A DNA stretch of 64,000 nt from an uncultured Actinomycetota bacterium (GTDB lineage Bacteria > Actinomycetota > Actinomycetes > JAHEKZ01): the NCBI GenBank assembly GCA_963743915.1, contig CAVURN010000001.1:256001-320000 (forward strand), written 5' to 3'. The notes under the pieces were generated by a model. The model ran no database searches. It had not been told where the DNA came from and saw only the letters and a list, made by a program, of their open reading frames with translations. Positions 16,048 through 27,784 of this stretch are shown one piece after another. The first letter of the stretch is position 1. Each line of letters starts with the position of its first letter. The position numbers were made by a program, and so were the translations under genes.

Positions 16048-17389
16048 CACGCTGGTGCGCCAGTATCTGCAGGACTGCACGCCTGCGGAGATGACGCTCC
16101 GTGAGCTCAGCCCCGGGCAACGCAGCCAAACCCACGGACGCCCGCGTGCCTCCGTCGCTGTGCTCGCAGCGGTGGCCGCTGCGGTGCTGCTGGTGGTGGG
16201 AGTGGTCATCGCGCGCGAACAGGTTGACCCAACAGAAACAGTGGCCCCGCCTGCTGTCGACGTCGTGACCTCCGACAGCGCGGACCTGCTCGGCACGTGG
16301 GTGGTACTCGGTCAGGCCTCTGCCGATCCCGCCGATCTCGAGCGGCAGGTTCGCATGACGTTCCTGTCGGACGGAACGTGGTCTGGATGGGACGGCTGCA
16401 ACTCGATCGCCGGCACCTATCGTGTCAACGATGTAGGTGTTCTCCGAGTCGCGGCCAAGTCGAGCACCCTGGTCGCGTGCACCAAGCAGTCGGACATCGC
16501 CCTTCCCCTCGACCAGGACCTGACCTTCGAGACCGGATCCTCAAGGATCACGCTGAGCAATCTGGACGCAAACGAGGTGTCCGTCCTCTGGCGTCCCGGC
16601 GGCCAGTACAACCCGACGGCGCAGATGCTCGCAGCGGGCGCGGAAGGCTGGCGGCTGAAGCTGACGACCTGGGGTGGCGGCGGGTGCCCATTCATCCCCT
16701 CCGATGTCACCTTCTCAGGCGAGAATCAGCTGACTGTCGACAGTCGGGTGTTCTACAAGGCCTGTGACACCAGTCTCGTCGGAACCTCGCGCTCCACCTC
16801 CGTGGACCCCTCGCAGATCGAGGACGGATCACCGGTCACGGTCACGCTGAACGGCCTCTACTCCGCCCCCGTGACGGTTCCCGTGGACATGACTGCGGTT
16901 GACGGGAACTCCGGCCCCATGCGCACGTTCGACGTGGGTGTCGTGCTGGTCGACATGCCCCCGATCGGGTCCGAGGCCGAACCGACCCTCGTCACATACC
17001 CCACAACTGTCGAGTCTACCGGCGACATCGGCTGGGACGCGGTCAACGCGCTCTTCACAACGGTGGCCTCGGACGGCAAGGCCGTCAACGGGTTCAACCT
17101 CGGGCACGACGGCCGGTACCCCGCGGCTGCGGTCAACTCGGTCGTCGTGGGCAGCGACATGATCACCGTCGACATTGACCGCAACGTGTGGGACCCGTAT
17201 CCGACGGCCGATGGGAACTGGCCCGGCGGCGAAGTGGTGATGCAACAGCTGGTGTGGACGTTGCACGGGGCTCTGGGAACGGATCTGCCGGTGCTGCTCA
17301 CGGTTGACGGGGAGCCCGCGCGCGGCATCTGGTTCCACCGACTCGACGGCCCGGTCGCTGCTGAGCCGGCGATGGAACCTGCTCGCTGA
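16034..17389 (+). CDS. Putative anti-sigma membrane protein, META + GerMN-like domains
   Basis: One TM helix; GWDGCN..GTY...STLVAC; C-terminal QQLVWTL...VLLTVDG. Confidence 0.7.
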   Translation: MNDVDTLVRQYLQDCTPAEMTLRELSPGQRSQTHGRPRASVAVLAAVAAAVLLVVGVVIAREQVDPTETVAPPAVDVVTSDSADLLGTWVVLGQASADPADLERQVRMTFLSDGTWSGWDGCNSIAGTYRVNDVGVLRVAAKSSTLVACTKQSDIALPLDQDLTFETGSSRITLSNLDANEVSVLWRPGGQYNPTAQMLAAGAEGWRLKLTTWGGGGCPFIPSDVTFSGENQLTVDSRVFYKACDTSLVGTSRSTSVDPSQIEDGSPVTVTLNGLYSAPVTVPVDMTAVDGNSGPMRTFDVGVVLVDMPPIGSEAEPTLVTYPTTVESTGDIGWDAVNALFTTVASDGKAVNGFNLGHDGRYPAAAVNSVVVGSDMITVDIDRNVWDPYPTADGNWPGGEVVMQQLVWTLHGALGTDLPVLLTVDGEPARGIWFHRLDGPVAAEPAMEPAR

Positions 17390-17436
17390 CTGAAAGAGTT
17401 ACGGGTCGGCCGGCCCAGGGCATTACCGTACGACTG

Positions 17437-19211
17437 ATGCCCCCTAACCTCGCCGAACGCTTCGCAAGCATGCGGTCGCTCTGGCGCATCAGGGTCTACG
17501 TCCGCCCTTATGCGGGTCAGATGATCCTGATGACCGTGCGTGGCGGCCCTCGCGGTCGGAGCGAGCATCGTCGTGCCCCTGGTGACGATGTCGGTGGTCG
17601 ACGGTCCGATCGCCGACGGCGACCGGCCGGACTCGTGCCCGCTGGGCCTGCTCGCACTGCTCCTCGGGGTGCTCGAGGCCCTGCTCATCTTCATCCGTCG
17701 ATGGGTGCAGTCGTACGCCGCTCTCGGCGTCGAGACGGCGGTCCGCGACGACCTCTACGCGCACCTGCAGAGCGCTGTCGGTGTCGTTCCACGACCGTTG
17801 GCAGGCGGGGCAGCTGCTGTCCAGTGCGACCACAGACCTGTCGATCATCCGCCGCTTCCTCTCCTTCGGCCTGGTCTTCCTGGTCGTGAACATCGCGACG
17901 TTCGTCGTCGTCGTGGCCCTGCTGATCCACCTGTATCTCCCGCTGGGCGTCATGGTCGCGCTGTCGTCGATTCCTCTGTCTCCTCATCTCGCGCGGCCTG
18001 GGCCGCGCCTACCTCGGCGCCTCGCGGCTCGTCCAGGACCAGCAGGGTGACGTCGCGACGTTCGTCGAGGAGTCAGCGGTCGGGGTCCGGATGATCCGGT
18101 CCTTCGGACGCCGTCAGCACGTCGGCGAGGTGTTCCGCGAGCAGCGCCCAGACGTCCTGCACGACTCGTCGGTCCAGAAGTCCGTGCTCGTGGCCCGTTT
18201 CTGGTCGCTGCTCGACCTCATCCCGAACCTCACCCTCGGTGCCACACTGCTGTTCGGCGCGCTGGCGGTTGCCCAGGTGCAGCTCACCCTGGGGGAGCTG
18301 GTCGCCTTCGTGTCGCTCATGCTGATGCTGGTCTGGCCCGTCGACGCCCTTGGCTGGATCATCGCCAACGGCCAGGAGGCGATGACGGCAGCGGACCGCA
18401 TCTACGAGGTGTTCGACACCGAACCGGAGATCACCGACCGTCCGGGGGCGATCGAGCTCGTCCGAACGCCTCGGGACTGCTGCGGTTCGAGGACGTCTGC
18501 TTCTCCTACGGCGAACGCCTCCGAGGTCGTGCTCGAGCACGTGGATCTCGAGGTCGCTCCCCGGCGAGACGCTCGCGGTCGTCGGGATCACCGGCAGCGG
18601 CAAGACCACGCTCACGTCGTTGGTTCCGCGGCTCTACGACGTCACGAGTGGCCGCATCACGCTCGACGGCATCGACGTCCGCGACATCCGGCTCTCGTCG
18701 TTGCGACAGGTGGTCGCGACGGCGTTCGAGGACGCGACCCTGTTCTCGGCCAGCGTGCGGGAGAACCTCACCCTCGGGTTACGCCGAGGCGACCGACGAC
18801 GAGGTCGCGCAGGCACTCGACCTGGCGCAGGCGACGTTCGTGTACGACCTGCCCTGGGGCTCGACACCCGGATCGGCGAGCAGGGCATGTCGCTGTCCGG
18901 CGGTCAGCGGCAGCGACTCGCGCTTGCGCGGGCCGTCATCAGCCGAGCCCACCGTGCTCGTCCTCGACGACCCGCTGTCGGCGCTCGACGTCCACACCGA
19001 GTCGCTGGTCGAGCGGGCACTGCGCCGCGTGCTGACGACGACGACTGCGCTGCTCGTCGTGCACCGACCGTCGACGGTGGCTCTGGCCGACCGGGTCGCC
19101 CTGCTCGAGGACGGGACGATCCGGGCGGTGGGCACCCACGCCGAGCTGATGCAGTCCGAGCCGTCCTACCGGGCGGTGCTGTCGCAGGAGTCCGAGGACG
19201 CGGCCGCCTGA
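17437..19211 (+). CDS. ABC exporter ATP-binding/permease subunit (multiple frameshifts)
   Basis: Pieces across frames: [26 protein letters not shown]. Confidence 0.85.
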
Positions 19212-21088
19212 TGCCGAGACCGACCGACGCTCAGCAGACGGCTCCCGACTCCATGGAGGCCGACGATCACAGCTGGCGCGGTGTGTCGCTCGGAGCCGGA
19301 CGACGACGCGATCACCGTCGAGGTCACGCAGGCATTGCGCGGCCGCAGCCGCCGGCTGCTGCGCAGCCTGCTGCACCCGCACAAGCGCGCGATCGGACTC
19401 GCGATCGGTCTTCTGCTCCTGCAGAACGCGGCGAGCCATGGCGGGTCCCTACCTGGTGTCGGTCGGCATCGACAAGGGCATCGCAGCCGATCGCCGAGGA
19501 TGGCGACCCGACCGTCCTCATCACGGTCACCGTCGCCTTCGTCGTCGCGGCCATGACCGAGTACCTCGCCAAGCGGTCCTTCCTCATGGCGAGCGGTCGC
19601 ATCGGTCAGGCGGTCCTCTACGACCTGCGCACGCGCGTGTACGACCACTTCCAGCGGCTCTCGCCCGCCTTCCACGAGCGGTACACGTCCGGACGCGTCA
19701 TCTCACGGCTCACGAGCGACGTCGACGCGCTCGGCGAGCTGCTCGACGGTGGGGTCGACGACCTCGTGCTCGCCGGACTCTCGGTGGTCTCCGTCGGTGC
19801 CATCCTGCTCGTTCCTCGACCTGCCGATGGGCCTGGTCACCCTGCTGAGCTTCCCGTTCCTGCTCTGGCTGTCCCGCTGGTTCCGCCGCCACTCGGCGAT
19901 CGCCTACCGCCGCACCCGCGAGACCGTGGCCCTCGTGATCGTGCACTTCGTCGAGTCGCTCGGCGGCATCCGTGCGGTCCAGGCGTTCCGCCGCGAGGAC
20001 CGCAACCAGGAGATCTTCGAAGACGCTCAACATCGACTACCGGCTGCGCGAACGAGCGCGCCTTCAAGCTGGTGGCCATCTTCGCGCCCGGCATCAAGCT
20101 GATCGGCAACGTCACGATCGCCGTCGTCCTGGTCTACGGCGGCTACCGGGTGATGGACGGGCAGGTCGAGGTCGGCGTGCTCGCCGCATTCCTGCTGTAC
20201 CTGCGGCGGTTCTTCGAGCCGATGCAGGAGCTGTCGATGTTCTACAACTCGCTGCAGTCGGCGACGGCGGCCCTCGAGAAGCTGTCCGGGGTGCTCGAGG
20301 AGACGCTCGACCGTGGCCGAGCCGGAGAACCCGGTCTCCCTCCCCGGGTCCGGGGCAGCGTCGACCTCGACCATGTGACCGTTCGCGTACCGCGAGGTCA
20401 CGGTCCTGCCCGACCTCGACCTGCACATTCCCGCAGGGCGAGACGCTGGCGCTGGTCGGGGCCACAGGTGCGGGCAAGACGACCATCGCGCGGCTGGTCG
20501 CCCGCTTCTACGACCCGGTCGAGGGCACCGTGCGGCTCGACGGGGTCGACGTCCGCAGACCTGGCCGAGGAGGACCTGCGGCGCACGGTCGTCATGGTGA
20601 CCCAGGAGAACTTCCTCTTCTCCGACACGGTCGCGAACAACATCCGCTTCGGGCGCCCGTCGGCGAGTGACGACGCGGTGAGGCGGCGGCTCGGGCCATC
20701 GGAGCCCACGACTTCATCGCGGCCCTGCCCTGACGGGCTACGACACCGACGTCGGCAAGCGCGGCGGACGCCTGTCGGCCGGCCAGCGGCAGCTGGTCGC
20801 GTTCGCGCGAGCATTCCTCGCCGACCCGGCGGTGCTGATCCTCGACGAGGCGACGTCGTCGCTCGACATCCCGAGCGAACGCCTGGTGCAACGCGCCTGC
20901 GCACGATCCTGGCCGACCGGACGGCGATCATCATCGCCCACCGCCTGTCGACGGTCGAGATCGCCGACCGCGTCATCGTCCTGCGAGGCGGGCCGGATGG
21001 AGGAGAGCGGCAGTCCTGCCGAGCTGCTGCACGGCGAAGGGCAGCTACGCCGGCCTGCACGCCGGCCTGGCTCGAGTCGTTGCTCTAG
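19211..21088 (+). CDS. ABC exporter ATP-binding/permease subunit (multiple frameshifts)
   Basis: [26 protein letters not shown]. Confidence 0.85.
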   Translation: MPRPTDAQQTAPDSMEADDHSWRGVSLGAGRRRDHRRGHAGIARPQPPAAAQPAAPAQARDRTRDRSSAPAERGEPWRVPTWCRSASTRASQPIAEDGDPTVLITVTVAFVVAAMTEYLAKRSFLMASGRIGQAVLYDLRTRVYDHFQRLSPAFHERYTSGRVISRLTSDVDALGELLDGGVDDLVLAGLSVVSVGAILLVPRPADGPGHPAELPVPALAVPLVPPPLGDRLPPHPRDRGPRDRALRRVARRHPCGPGVPPRGPQPGDLRRRSTSTTGCANERAFKLVAIFAPGIKLIGNVTIAVVLVYGGYRVMDGQVEVGVLAAFLLYLRRFFEPMQELSMFYNSLQSATAALEKLSGVLEETLDRGRAGEPGLPPRVRGSVDLDHVTVRVPRGHGPARPRPAHSRRARRWRWSGPQVRARRPSRGWSPASTTRSRAPCGSTGSTSADLAEEDLRRTVVMVTQENFLFSDTVANNIRFGRPSASDDAVRRRLGPSEPTTSSRPCPDGLRHRRRQARRTPVGRPAAAGRVRASIPRRPGGADPRRGDVVARHPERTPGATRLRTILADRTAIIIAHRLSTVEIADRVIVLRGGPDGGERQSCRAAARRRAATPACTPAWLESLL

Positions 21089-21092
21089 CCGT

Positions 21093-21737
21093 TCAGCCGG
21101 CCGCCTCGGCGCGTGCCTTGAGCCCTCGCAGCATGCCTCGCGCCATCACGAAGTCCGCGGGCACGATCGTCGCGACGTAGAGCGCGGCGAACCACCGCGG
21201 ACTCATGCGCCCACGAACCCGAAGGTGGACGCGCGTGCCGGAGGCCTCGGGCGTCAGGGTGAAGCACCAGGTCCAGACGATCCGGGCGTCGTACTTCTCG
21301 TCCCAGCCGGGAGGCACGTGGGTGGTCGACCTCAGCACGAGCAGCCAGGGAGGATCGACCTGGTCGACCACGTACTCGGCGGTTCCTGGAGGGCCGTCGG
21401 GGATGGTGTCGCCGACGGACAGCTCCCGTGCCAGGGAGGGATCGATCCGGTCGAGGCTCGGCCAGTTGCCGGGGAACAGGAGGCGGTCGACCCACTCCGG
21501 CGTGTAGTACCCGGCCCGGTGCCACCCCATCTGGGTGAGCCAGGGCCAGATGGCGTCCGGCGTCGCAGCGATCGAGACCGCGTGGTCGGTGACCAGCTGT
21601 GGTGCAGGTACCAGCTCGTCACCGGGCAGGCCCGCCCGTCGCTCCTCGGTCGTGGAGCCCGCACGGCGCCCGAGCACCTGAAGCGCACCGTACGCGGCCA
21701 CCGCGCCGAGCCCGAGGGACCAGCCCAACCTGCGCAT
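21093..21737 (-). CDS. SRPBCC-like hypothetical protein
   Basis: LPGDELV...DHAVSI...[16 protein letters not shown]. Confidence 0.75.
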   Translation of the reverse strand: MRRLGWSLGLGAVAAYGALQVLGRRAGSTTEERRAGLPGDELVPAPQLVTDHAVSIAATPDAIWPWLTQMGWHRAGYYTPEWVDRLLFPGNWPSLDRIDPSLARELSVGDTIPDGPPGTAEYVVDQVDPPWLLVLRSTTHVPPGWDEKYDARIVWTWCFTLTPEASGTRVHLRVRGRMSPRWFAALYVATIVPADFVMARGMLRGLKARAEAAG

Positions 21738-21831
21738 GGCCCACCTCCCAGTGACCCCAGCCTTGCAGGCGAGCGGATCCGTGCACAACGGCCTCGAAGT
21801 CCACCCGGGGACATCCGGCATATGCGGCGTC

Positions 21832-21858
21832 CTCAAGGGTGTCACCCGATCGGCCGAT
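21832..21858 (+). promoter_or_regulatory. Sigma28 (FliA/WhiG)-like promoter
   Basis: CTCAAG-N15-GCCGAT upstream of the MCP gene. Confidence 0.55.
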
Positions 21859-21916
21859 TCCTTGCGTGACCGGAGGTTCAGCAGACGCCGCTCCGTGCGG
21901 CGCAGGGGAGTCGACC

Positions 21917-24092
21917 ATGACCCGTACCACGTGGCGCATCGTCGCGTTCGTGCTCGGCGTCGTGCTGACGGCGACGGCGAGCGCGCTGCTCTACGTGTCG
22001 ATGAGCGAGTCCACCCGGGCAGCCAAGGAGCTGGACCAGCGCCTGTCGACCGCGTCCGAGAGCTCGTCGGTGCTGCTGTCGGAGTTCTTCGACCGCGCAG
22101 TCGGGTCCGACCTGCAGCTGGCCGCGGAGCCGTCCTTCGCCGCGGTGTACAAGGCACCGGGGTCGCTGCGCTCCAAGGTGGAGCGGAACATCCCGGCGCT
22201 GCAGGACGCGCAGCAGAGCATGATCGCCATCGAGAAGACCTACCCCGGTGCGGTCAGCGAGGTGTGCTTCATCGACCTGGCGACCGGGTCGCGAGCTGGC
22301 GCGCATCGTGGACCAGGAGATCGCACCCGTCGACGACCTGTCCGCGGACGAGTCGGATGCGGTGTTCTTCGAGCCGGCCAAGGCGCAGCCCGTCGGGATC
22401 CCGTACCAGTCGGTGCCCTACGTCTCCGAGGACTCGGGGCTGTGGGTCGTGGCGACCGCCACCCAGATCGACGCCACCGCAGAGGACCTCGGGATCGGTG
22501 ATGGCGCACGTTCAGCGGACACCGCTCTCCCCGGCCATCGTGCACTTCGAGGTCAGCATCGAGAGCCTGCGTCAGGCTCTCGTGGCTGCCGAGACCGACT
22601 CGCACATCCGCGTGGTCGACGGGCACACCGGCGACGTGATCATCGACGGTGACCGCGTCCAGCAGCCCGGCGGGGACCTCGGCAACCCGGGAGACGAGAC
22701 CTTCGTCGGCGAGGACCTCACCCGAGGCGGCGTTGACCGACCTCGGGGACGACCGCGTCAGCATGGACCCCCTGCCGCCCGGTCGCACGCTGGCCGCGAG
22801 CAACGCGAACCGCTGGATCGTGACCGCGTCCGCGCCCGAGCGTCGCCACGGGACTGGCCGCGGCTCTGAGCCCCCTGATCGTGGCCCTCTTCGCGATCGG
22901 CATCCCCCTGATCGTCGTCGGCGTGATCGGCGCCGTGCGAGCCCGCCGTCAGCGCAGGCTCGAGGAAGCCCGCGTCCGCGTGGAGCGCGACACCCTCGAT
23001 GCGCGCATGGAGGACCTCTCGCAGGCACTGGCACGCGCCGCCGCAGGTGATCTGTCGGTCACCGTGGACGTCGATCTCGGCGACGAGCGCATGACGACGC
23101 TCGCCCAGGCGTTCGACGCGACGTTGACGCACCTGCGTGCGCTCGTCGCCCAGGCTCAGGTCAGCGGTGAGCGACTCGCCGAGTCGGCGGGTGAGCTGCG
23201 CGCCACCGCTGCCCAGCAGGCCGCCGCGGCATCCGAGCAGTCGACTGCCGTGACCGAGACCACCGCGACCGTCGAGGAGCTGGCAGCGACGGCTGCGCAG
23301 ATCGCCGACACCGCGACGATGGTCGCGGACTCGGCCCAGGAGACGCTGACGCTGACCGGGGAGGGGCTGTCCGCCGTTCAGGACTCCGTCGACGCGATCG
23401 GTCGCATCACCGACAGCGTCGACTCGATCGGCAGCAGCTCCGCGGCCCTGGGTGACAAGGTCAGCGAGATCGGCCGCATCCTGGTGCTGATCGACGAGCT
23501 GAGCGAGCAGACCAACCTCCTGGCGCTGAACGCGGCGATCGAGGCGGCCCGGGCCGGTGAGCACGGCCGCGGGTTCGCCGTCGTGGCCGCTGAGGTGCGC
23601 AAGCTCGCCGAGCGTGCCCAGGAGTCGACCGCCCAGATCCAGGGGCTCGTCACCGAGATCCAGGCCTACACCCAGACCACCGTCCTCGCCTCCGAGGCGG
23701 GAGCCCGCGAGGCCGGTCGGGGTGTGCAGGTCGCGGGTGCGGCGTCGACAGCCCTGGACCGGATCGCCCAGATGGTCGACTCCACGACGACCGCGGTCGC
23801 CGAGATCTCCGTGGCCACGCAGCAGCAGCGCTCGGCGTCCGACCAGGTCGTGCAGGCGATGTCCCAGGTGGCCGAGATGTCACAGGCGTTCGCGGCCGGC
23901 TCCCAGCAGACCGCCGGTCTGTCGCGCGAGATCACCGAGCTGGCGGGTGACTTCTCCGCGGCGATCGCCCGCTTCGAGGTCGACCGCGAGGGCTCCGTGG
24001 GCGCGCCGGCGGCGGAGGTCCCGTCAGCGGCCCCGGTGGAGGAGCGGGTGGAGGAGCCCCTCGAGGAGCTCTCGGAAGAAATCTTGAACTAG
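21917..24092 (+). CDS. Methyl-accepting chemotaxis protein with Cache-like sensor (frameshifted)
   Basis: [36 protein letters not shown]; N-terminal TM helix and [16 protein letters not shown]. Confidence 0.9.
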
Positions 24093-24171
24093 TCCTAAAG
24101 TACTAGTCCGTTCCGTGCCGATACCAGGAGTACCCCTTCCCAGGGACCCCCCTTCCCGGAGGACAGGTGCG

Positions 24172-24339
24172 ATGGACTGGCAGAGGTTCGACTGGCCGGC
24201 AGTGGCCGGAGAGCCGGACCAGGCCTGGTTCGACCACCTGGCTCGTCGCGGGTGGACAGTGAGTCCGGTGCCGACCGTGGCCCGCATCGGACCTCGCAGC
24301 TACCTGCGTTTCCTCGGCTGGCGGGCCCGCTCGGCGTGA
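24172..24339 (+). CDS. Small Trp-rich protein (55 aa)
   Basis: GGAGGACAGG RBS; upstream CTAAAG-N16-GCCGAT. Confidence 0.5.
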   Translation: MDWQRFDWPAVAGEPDQAWFDHLARRGWTVSPVPTVARIGPRSYLRFLGWRARSA

Positions 24340-24400
24340 GCCGCGCGGGCCCCGCCCGGCCCGGACGCCTGCCCCGCTCGCGGATGGCAGGATCGCCTCT

Positions 24401-24847
24401 GTGGTGCATGCAGTCCAGGACATCCAGCGCGTCGCCGCCTATGGCGTCGTGGTGCGTGACGACCAGATCCTGCTCGTCCGGCTGACGGAGAAGACGCCCG
24501 CTGCCGGCTCCTGGTCACTGCCCGGTGGAGGGATCGACCATGGCGAGCATCCGGCGGACGCCGTGGTCCGCGAGCTCTACGAGGAGACCGGGCTGCGCGG
24601 GCGGGTGGTCGAGCTGCTCGACGTCGACTCGCACTTCCGGGAGCACTACCTCGACCAGGAGGTGCTCGAGCGGTACCACGCGGTGCGCATCCTGTACCGG
24701 GTCGCGGTCGACAGCGCCGGACCCCTCACCGTCGTCGACGAGGACGGCAGTGCGGACTCACCCACCTGGTTCGCGCTGACCGACGCGCGGTCACTGAAGC
24801 TCGCGCCGGTGGCGTCCCGCGGACTGCAGTTCGCCGTCGAGCGCTAG
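24401..24847 (+). CDS. NUDIX hydrolase
   Basis: PGGGIDHGEHPADAVVRELYEETG. Confidence 0.9.
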   Translation: MVHAVQDIQRVAAYGVVVRDDQILLVRLTEKTPAAGSWSLPGGGIDHGEHPADAVVRELYEETGLRGRVVELLDVDSHFREHYLDQEVLERYHAVRILYRVAVDSAGPLTVVDEDGSADSPTWFALTDARSLKLAPVASRGLQFAVER

Positions 24848-24856
24848 AGGCGTCGG

Positions 24857-25120
24857 TCAGTCGGTGTCACTCGCGGCGTCGACCGTCCGATCCACCAACG
24901 GCTCGCCCGGGTCGTCGGCTGCCGCCTCCTCGCGGCGCGGCCGAAGACCACTCACCGCGCCGACGATCGCAGCGACTCCGAGGACGATCAGGGCGACGGG
25001 GAAGAACCACGGGCCGGCGACATCCCAGTCCAGGGAAGGCGCCGCCAGATACATGGCGGCAAGTGCCCCGAACACGAGGGCGAAGAGGAACGACACGACG
25101 TCGAAGGCGTGGCGCTTCAT
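24857..25120 (-). CDS. Small membrane protein of the pspC locus
   Basis: MKRHAFDVVSFLF, two TM helices, coupled to pspC. Confidence 0.75.
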   Translation of the reverse strand: MKRHAFDVVSFLFALVFGALAAMYLAAPSLDWDVAGPWFFPVALIVLGVAAIVGAVSGLRPRREEAAADDPGEPLVDRTVDAASDTD

Positions 25121-26413
25121 CGGGTCACCTGCTTTCCGCCCGCCTGGGGCGTCTCGTCGATCACTGTCACGGCACCGAGGCCACTGCTCAACGTGAGGTT
25201 GACGGTGCCGGTGCCGTCACCTGCGCGTTGCCAGGACTGCTCGTAGCCGATTCCTCCCTGCTCGGATCCGCCGGTGGGGAAGTCGATGGTGCCGGCGCCG
25301 ACGTCGGCGTCCACGTCGACCGCGACGTCCGGGGGCAGCAGAACGATCACCTCGCCCATGCCGATCGAGACCTCGACGTCCTCGGTGCCCACGACCTCCA
25401 CCTCGCTGAGGTCGAGGGTGAGCTTGCCGACGCCGAGCTCGTACCGGTCGGAGAGCTCACCCTGCGACGTCGGCTGGTAGAGGCGTTCGCCGGCACCACC
25501 GCTGACCCGCAACCCGTCAGGTGCTGCACCGACGGGGATGAGCAGGAAGACCAGCACGATGCCGAGCGCGATCAGTCCGCGCGCACGTCCCACGATGGTC
25601 CCGACCAGCAGGCCGAGCGCGACAACCGCGAGGGCGGAGGCGAGGACCACGACCGGTTCGACCGTGATGACATCCGCGACGTCGAGGGCGATCAGCGAGC
25701 CGGCCACGAGCAGCGCCACGCCCACGGTGAGCCGGCCCAGGACGGAGCGCTCCTTTGGAGGCTGGGGCGGTGCAGGCGGGTAGGCAGCGTTGGACGTGGG
25801 CGGTGCCGGAGGTGACGCAGGTGGAGGAGGACCGACCGCGAGCACCGCGGTCTGTGAGCTCACCGTCGAGGGCGCGGGGGAGTCGCCTCCGGAGGTTTGC
25901 GCGCCCGGGTCGGTCACCGGTACTGGTGCCGACGGGTTCGCTGCGACGGGACCGGACGCCGGTCGCTCGTCACGACGAAGCAGCAGGACGACGCCGACCA
26001 CGACCAGCACCAGCAGCACGGCACCGCCGGCCCCCGGTCCGTCACCTGCCCAGCCCCAGGCCACCATCGGTCCCACGATGAGCACCGCCAGGATGACCGC
26101 GAGCGTGATCACCAGGGCGTTGTTGTTGCGGAAGAACCGCTCACCGGCGGAGTCGTCCCGTCCCTCCGGCGGGATGAAGAGCCATCCGGCCAGATAGAGC
26201 AGCAGCCCGCTGCCGCCGAAGATGGTGAGCACCACGAAGGCGACCCGCACGAGCACCGGGTCGATCCGCAGGCTTCGGGCGATGCCGGCGGCGACGCCGC
26301 CGAGGACGGCACCGTCCCCGGTCGCCCGCCGGAGTCCCGGGCGCGAGACAGGGAGGGGGCGGAGGGGTGAATCCGGGCGGTGGCGGCGCGTAGCCGGTGG
26401 AGTTCTCGTTCAT
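25117..26413 (-). CDS. PspC-domain protein with LiaF/DUF2154-like C-terminus (frameshift near 5' end)
   Basis: VLGGVAAG.A..LRIDPVLVRVAFVVL...LYLAGWLFIP; YELGVGKLTLDL. Confidence 0.85.
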
Positions 26414-26458
26414 GGCTCCATCCAACGCCGCGTCCCGCGCCGGCACATCGGGCGATCG

Positions 26459-26519
26459 CCCTGACTCGACCCTGACCGCACCCCTGAACGGCCGGGGTGC
26501 AGCTCCTGGTCATCCCTGA
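26459..26519. promoter_or_regulatory. CCCTGA direct repeats, likely response-regulator sites
   Basis: At 26459, 26470, 26482 and 26514 between the divergent pspC genes. Confidence 0.55.
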
Positions 26520-26554
26520 GGACGCCGAGGGTGGCCACGCGGGACGATAGGGGC

Positions 26555-27784
26555 GTGTCCTCGCCCACCACCGTCCCCGACTCGGGTCCGCCGCCCCTCA
26601 CCCGCGCGACCGAGGGCCGCATGGTGGCGGGCGTCGCCCGGGGCGTTGCCGTGCACCTGGGCGTGGACGTGTGGTGGGTGCGGCTGGTGTTCGTGCTGCT
26701 GGCGCTCGCGGGCGGTTCCGGCTTCGTCGCCTACGCGGCACTGTGGATCTTCGTCCCGCTGGAGGACAGCGAGCCGTCCCCGCCGGGACGCAGGAGCCAG
26801 GCACGGGCGCCCACTCCGCCGGAGACGGCGCTGCTGCTGGTGCTCGGGGCTGCCGGGGTGGTGCTCGGTGGGCTCCTTCTGGTCTCGATGGCTGGGTGGG
26901 ACGTGCGGCCGCTGTGGCCACTGGCGCTCGCGGGTATCGGTGCGGCTCTGATCTGGCTCCGCGCCGACGAGGAGCAGCGCGAGCGGCTGCGGAGCAACGT
27001 GGAGCGCGTCGCCCCGGCGCGGCGGGCCGGGCTGGTGCAGCTGGTGCTCGGCGGCGTCCTCGTCGTCGTCGGTCTGATCGCGTTCGGCATCGGCGGGGTC
27101 GGGCTGTCGGAAGCGGGCACGCTGTTGGCCTCGGTCGCGGTCACCGTCGTGGGCATCGCCCTGGTGGTCAGCCCCTTCGCGCTGCGCGTCCGCCGCGAGC
27201 GGGACGCCGAACGGCGCGCCCGGATCCGCAGTGAGGAGCGCGCTGAGCTCGCGGCCGGACTGCACGACTCGGTGCTGCAGAGCCTGGCTCTCATCCAGCG
27301 CAGCGCCGACGACCCAGCCGCCGTGTCCCGAATCGCCCGTGCGCAGGAACGTGACCTCCGTCGCTGGCTGTACCCCGCAGCGACCCCCTCCGCATCGTCG
27401 TTCCGGACTGCTCTGGAGGGAGCAGCGGCGGACGTCGAGGACTCCGGTGACGTACGGGTCGAGCTGGTGTGCGTCGGTGACGTCCCTCTGGACCCCGGCC
27501 TTTCCGCGCTGGTGCGCGCGTCGCGCGAGGCCATGAGCAACGCCGCGCGGCATGCCGGCGTGGACACCGTGTCCGTCTTCGCTGAGGCGACCGACGCCCA
27601 GGTGGCCGTCCACGTCCGCGACCGGGGTGCCGGGTTCGAGGTCGACTCCATCCCCGACGACCGCATGGGCGTCCGGGAGTCCATCATCGGACGCGTCGAG
27701 CGGCACGGCGGTCGGGCCACCGTCACCAGCGCCACTGGCACAGGCACTCGCATCGAGCTCGTCATGCCGAGGGAGAAGCCATGA
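26555..27784 (+). CDS. PspC-domain sensor histidine kinase
   Basis: LHDSVLQSL, EAMSNAARH, RDRGAGF. Confidence 0.9.
   Translation: MSSPTTVPDSGPPPLTRATEGRMVAGVARGVAVHLGVDVWWVRLVFVLLALAGGSGFVAYAALWIFVPLEDSEPSPPGRRSQARAPTPPETALLLVLGAAGVVLGGLLLVSMAGWDVRPLWPLALAGIGAALIWLRADEEQRERLRSNVERVAPARRAGLVQLVLGGVLVVVGLIAFGIGGVGLSEAGTLLASVAVTVVGIALVVSPFALRVRRERDAERRARIRSEERAELAAGLHDSVLQSLALIQRSADDPAAVSRIARAQERDLRRWLYPAATPSASSFRTALEGAAADVEDSGDVRVELVCVGDVPLDPGLSALVRASREAMSNAARHAGVDTVSVFAEATDAQVAVHVRDRGAGFEVDSIPDDRMGVRESIIGRVERHGGRATVTSATGTGTRIELVMPREKP

Noticed and set aside
9831-17400. Integron-like cassette array
   Set aside because: No recurring attC-like site between genes; the only recurring intergenic motif is the ECF promoter
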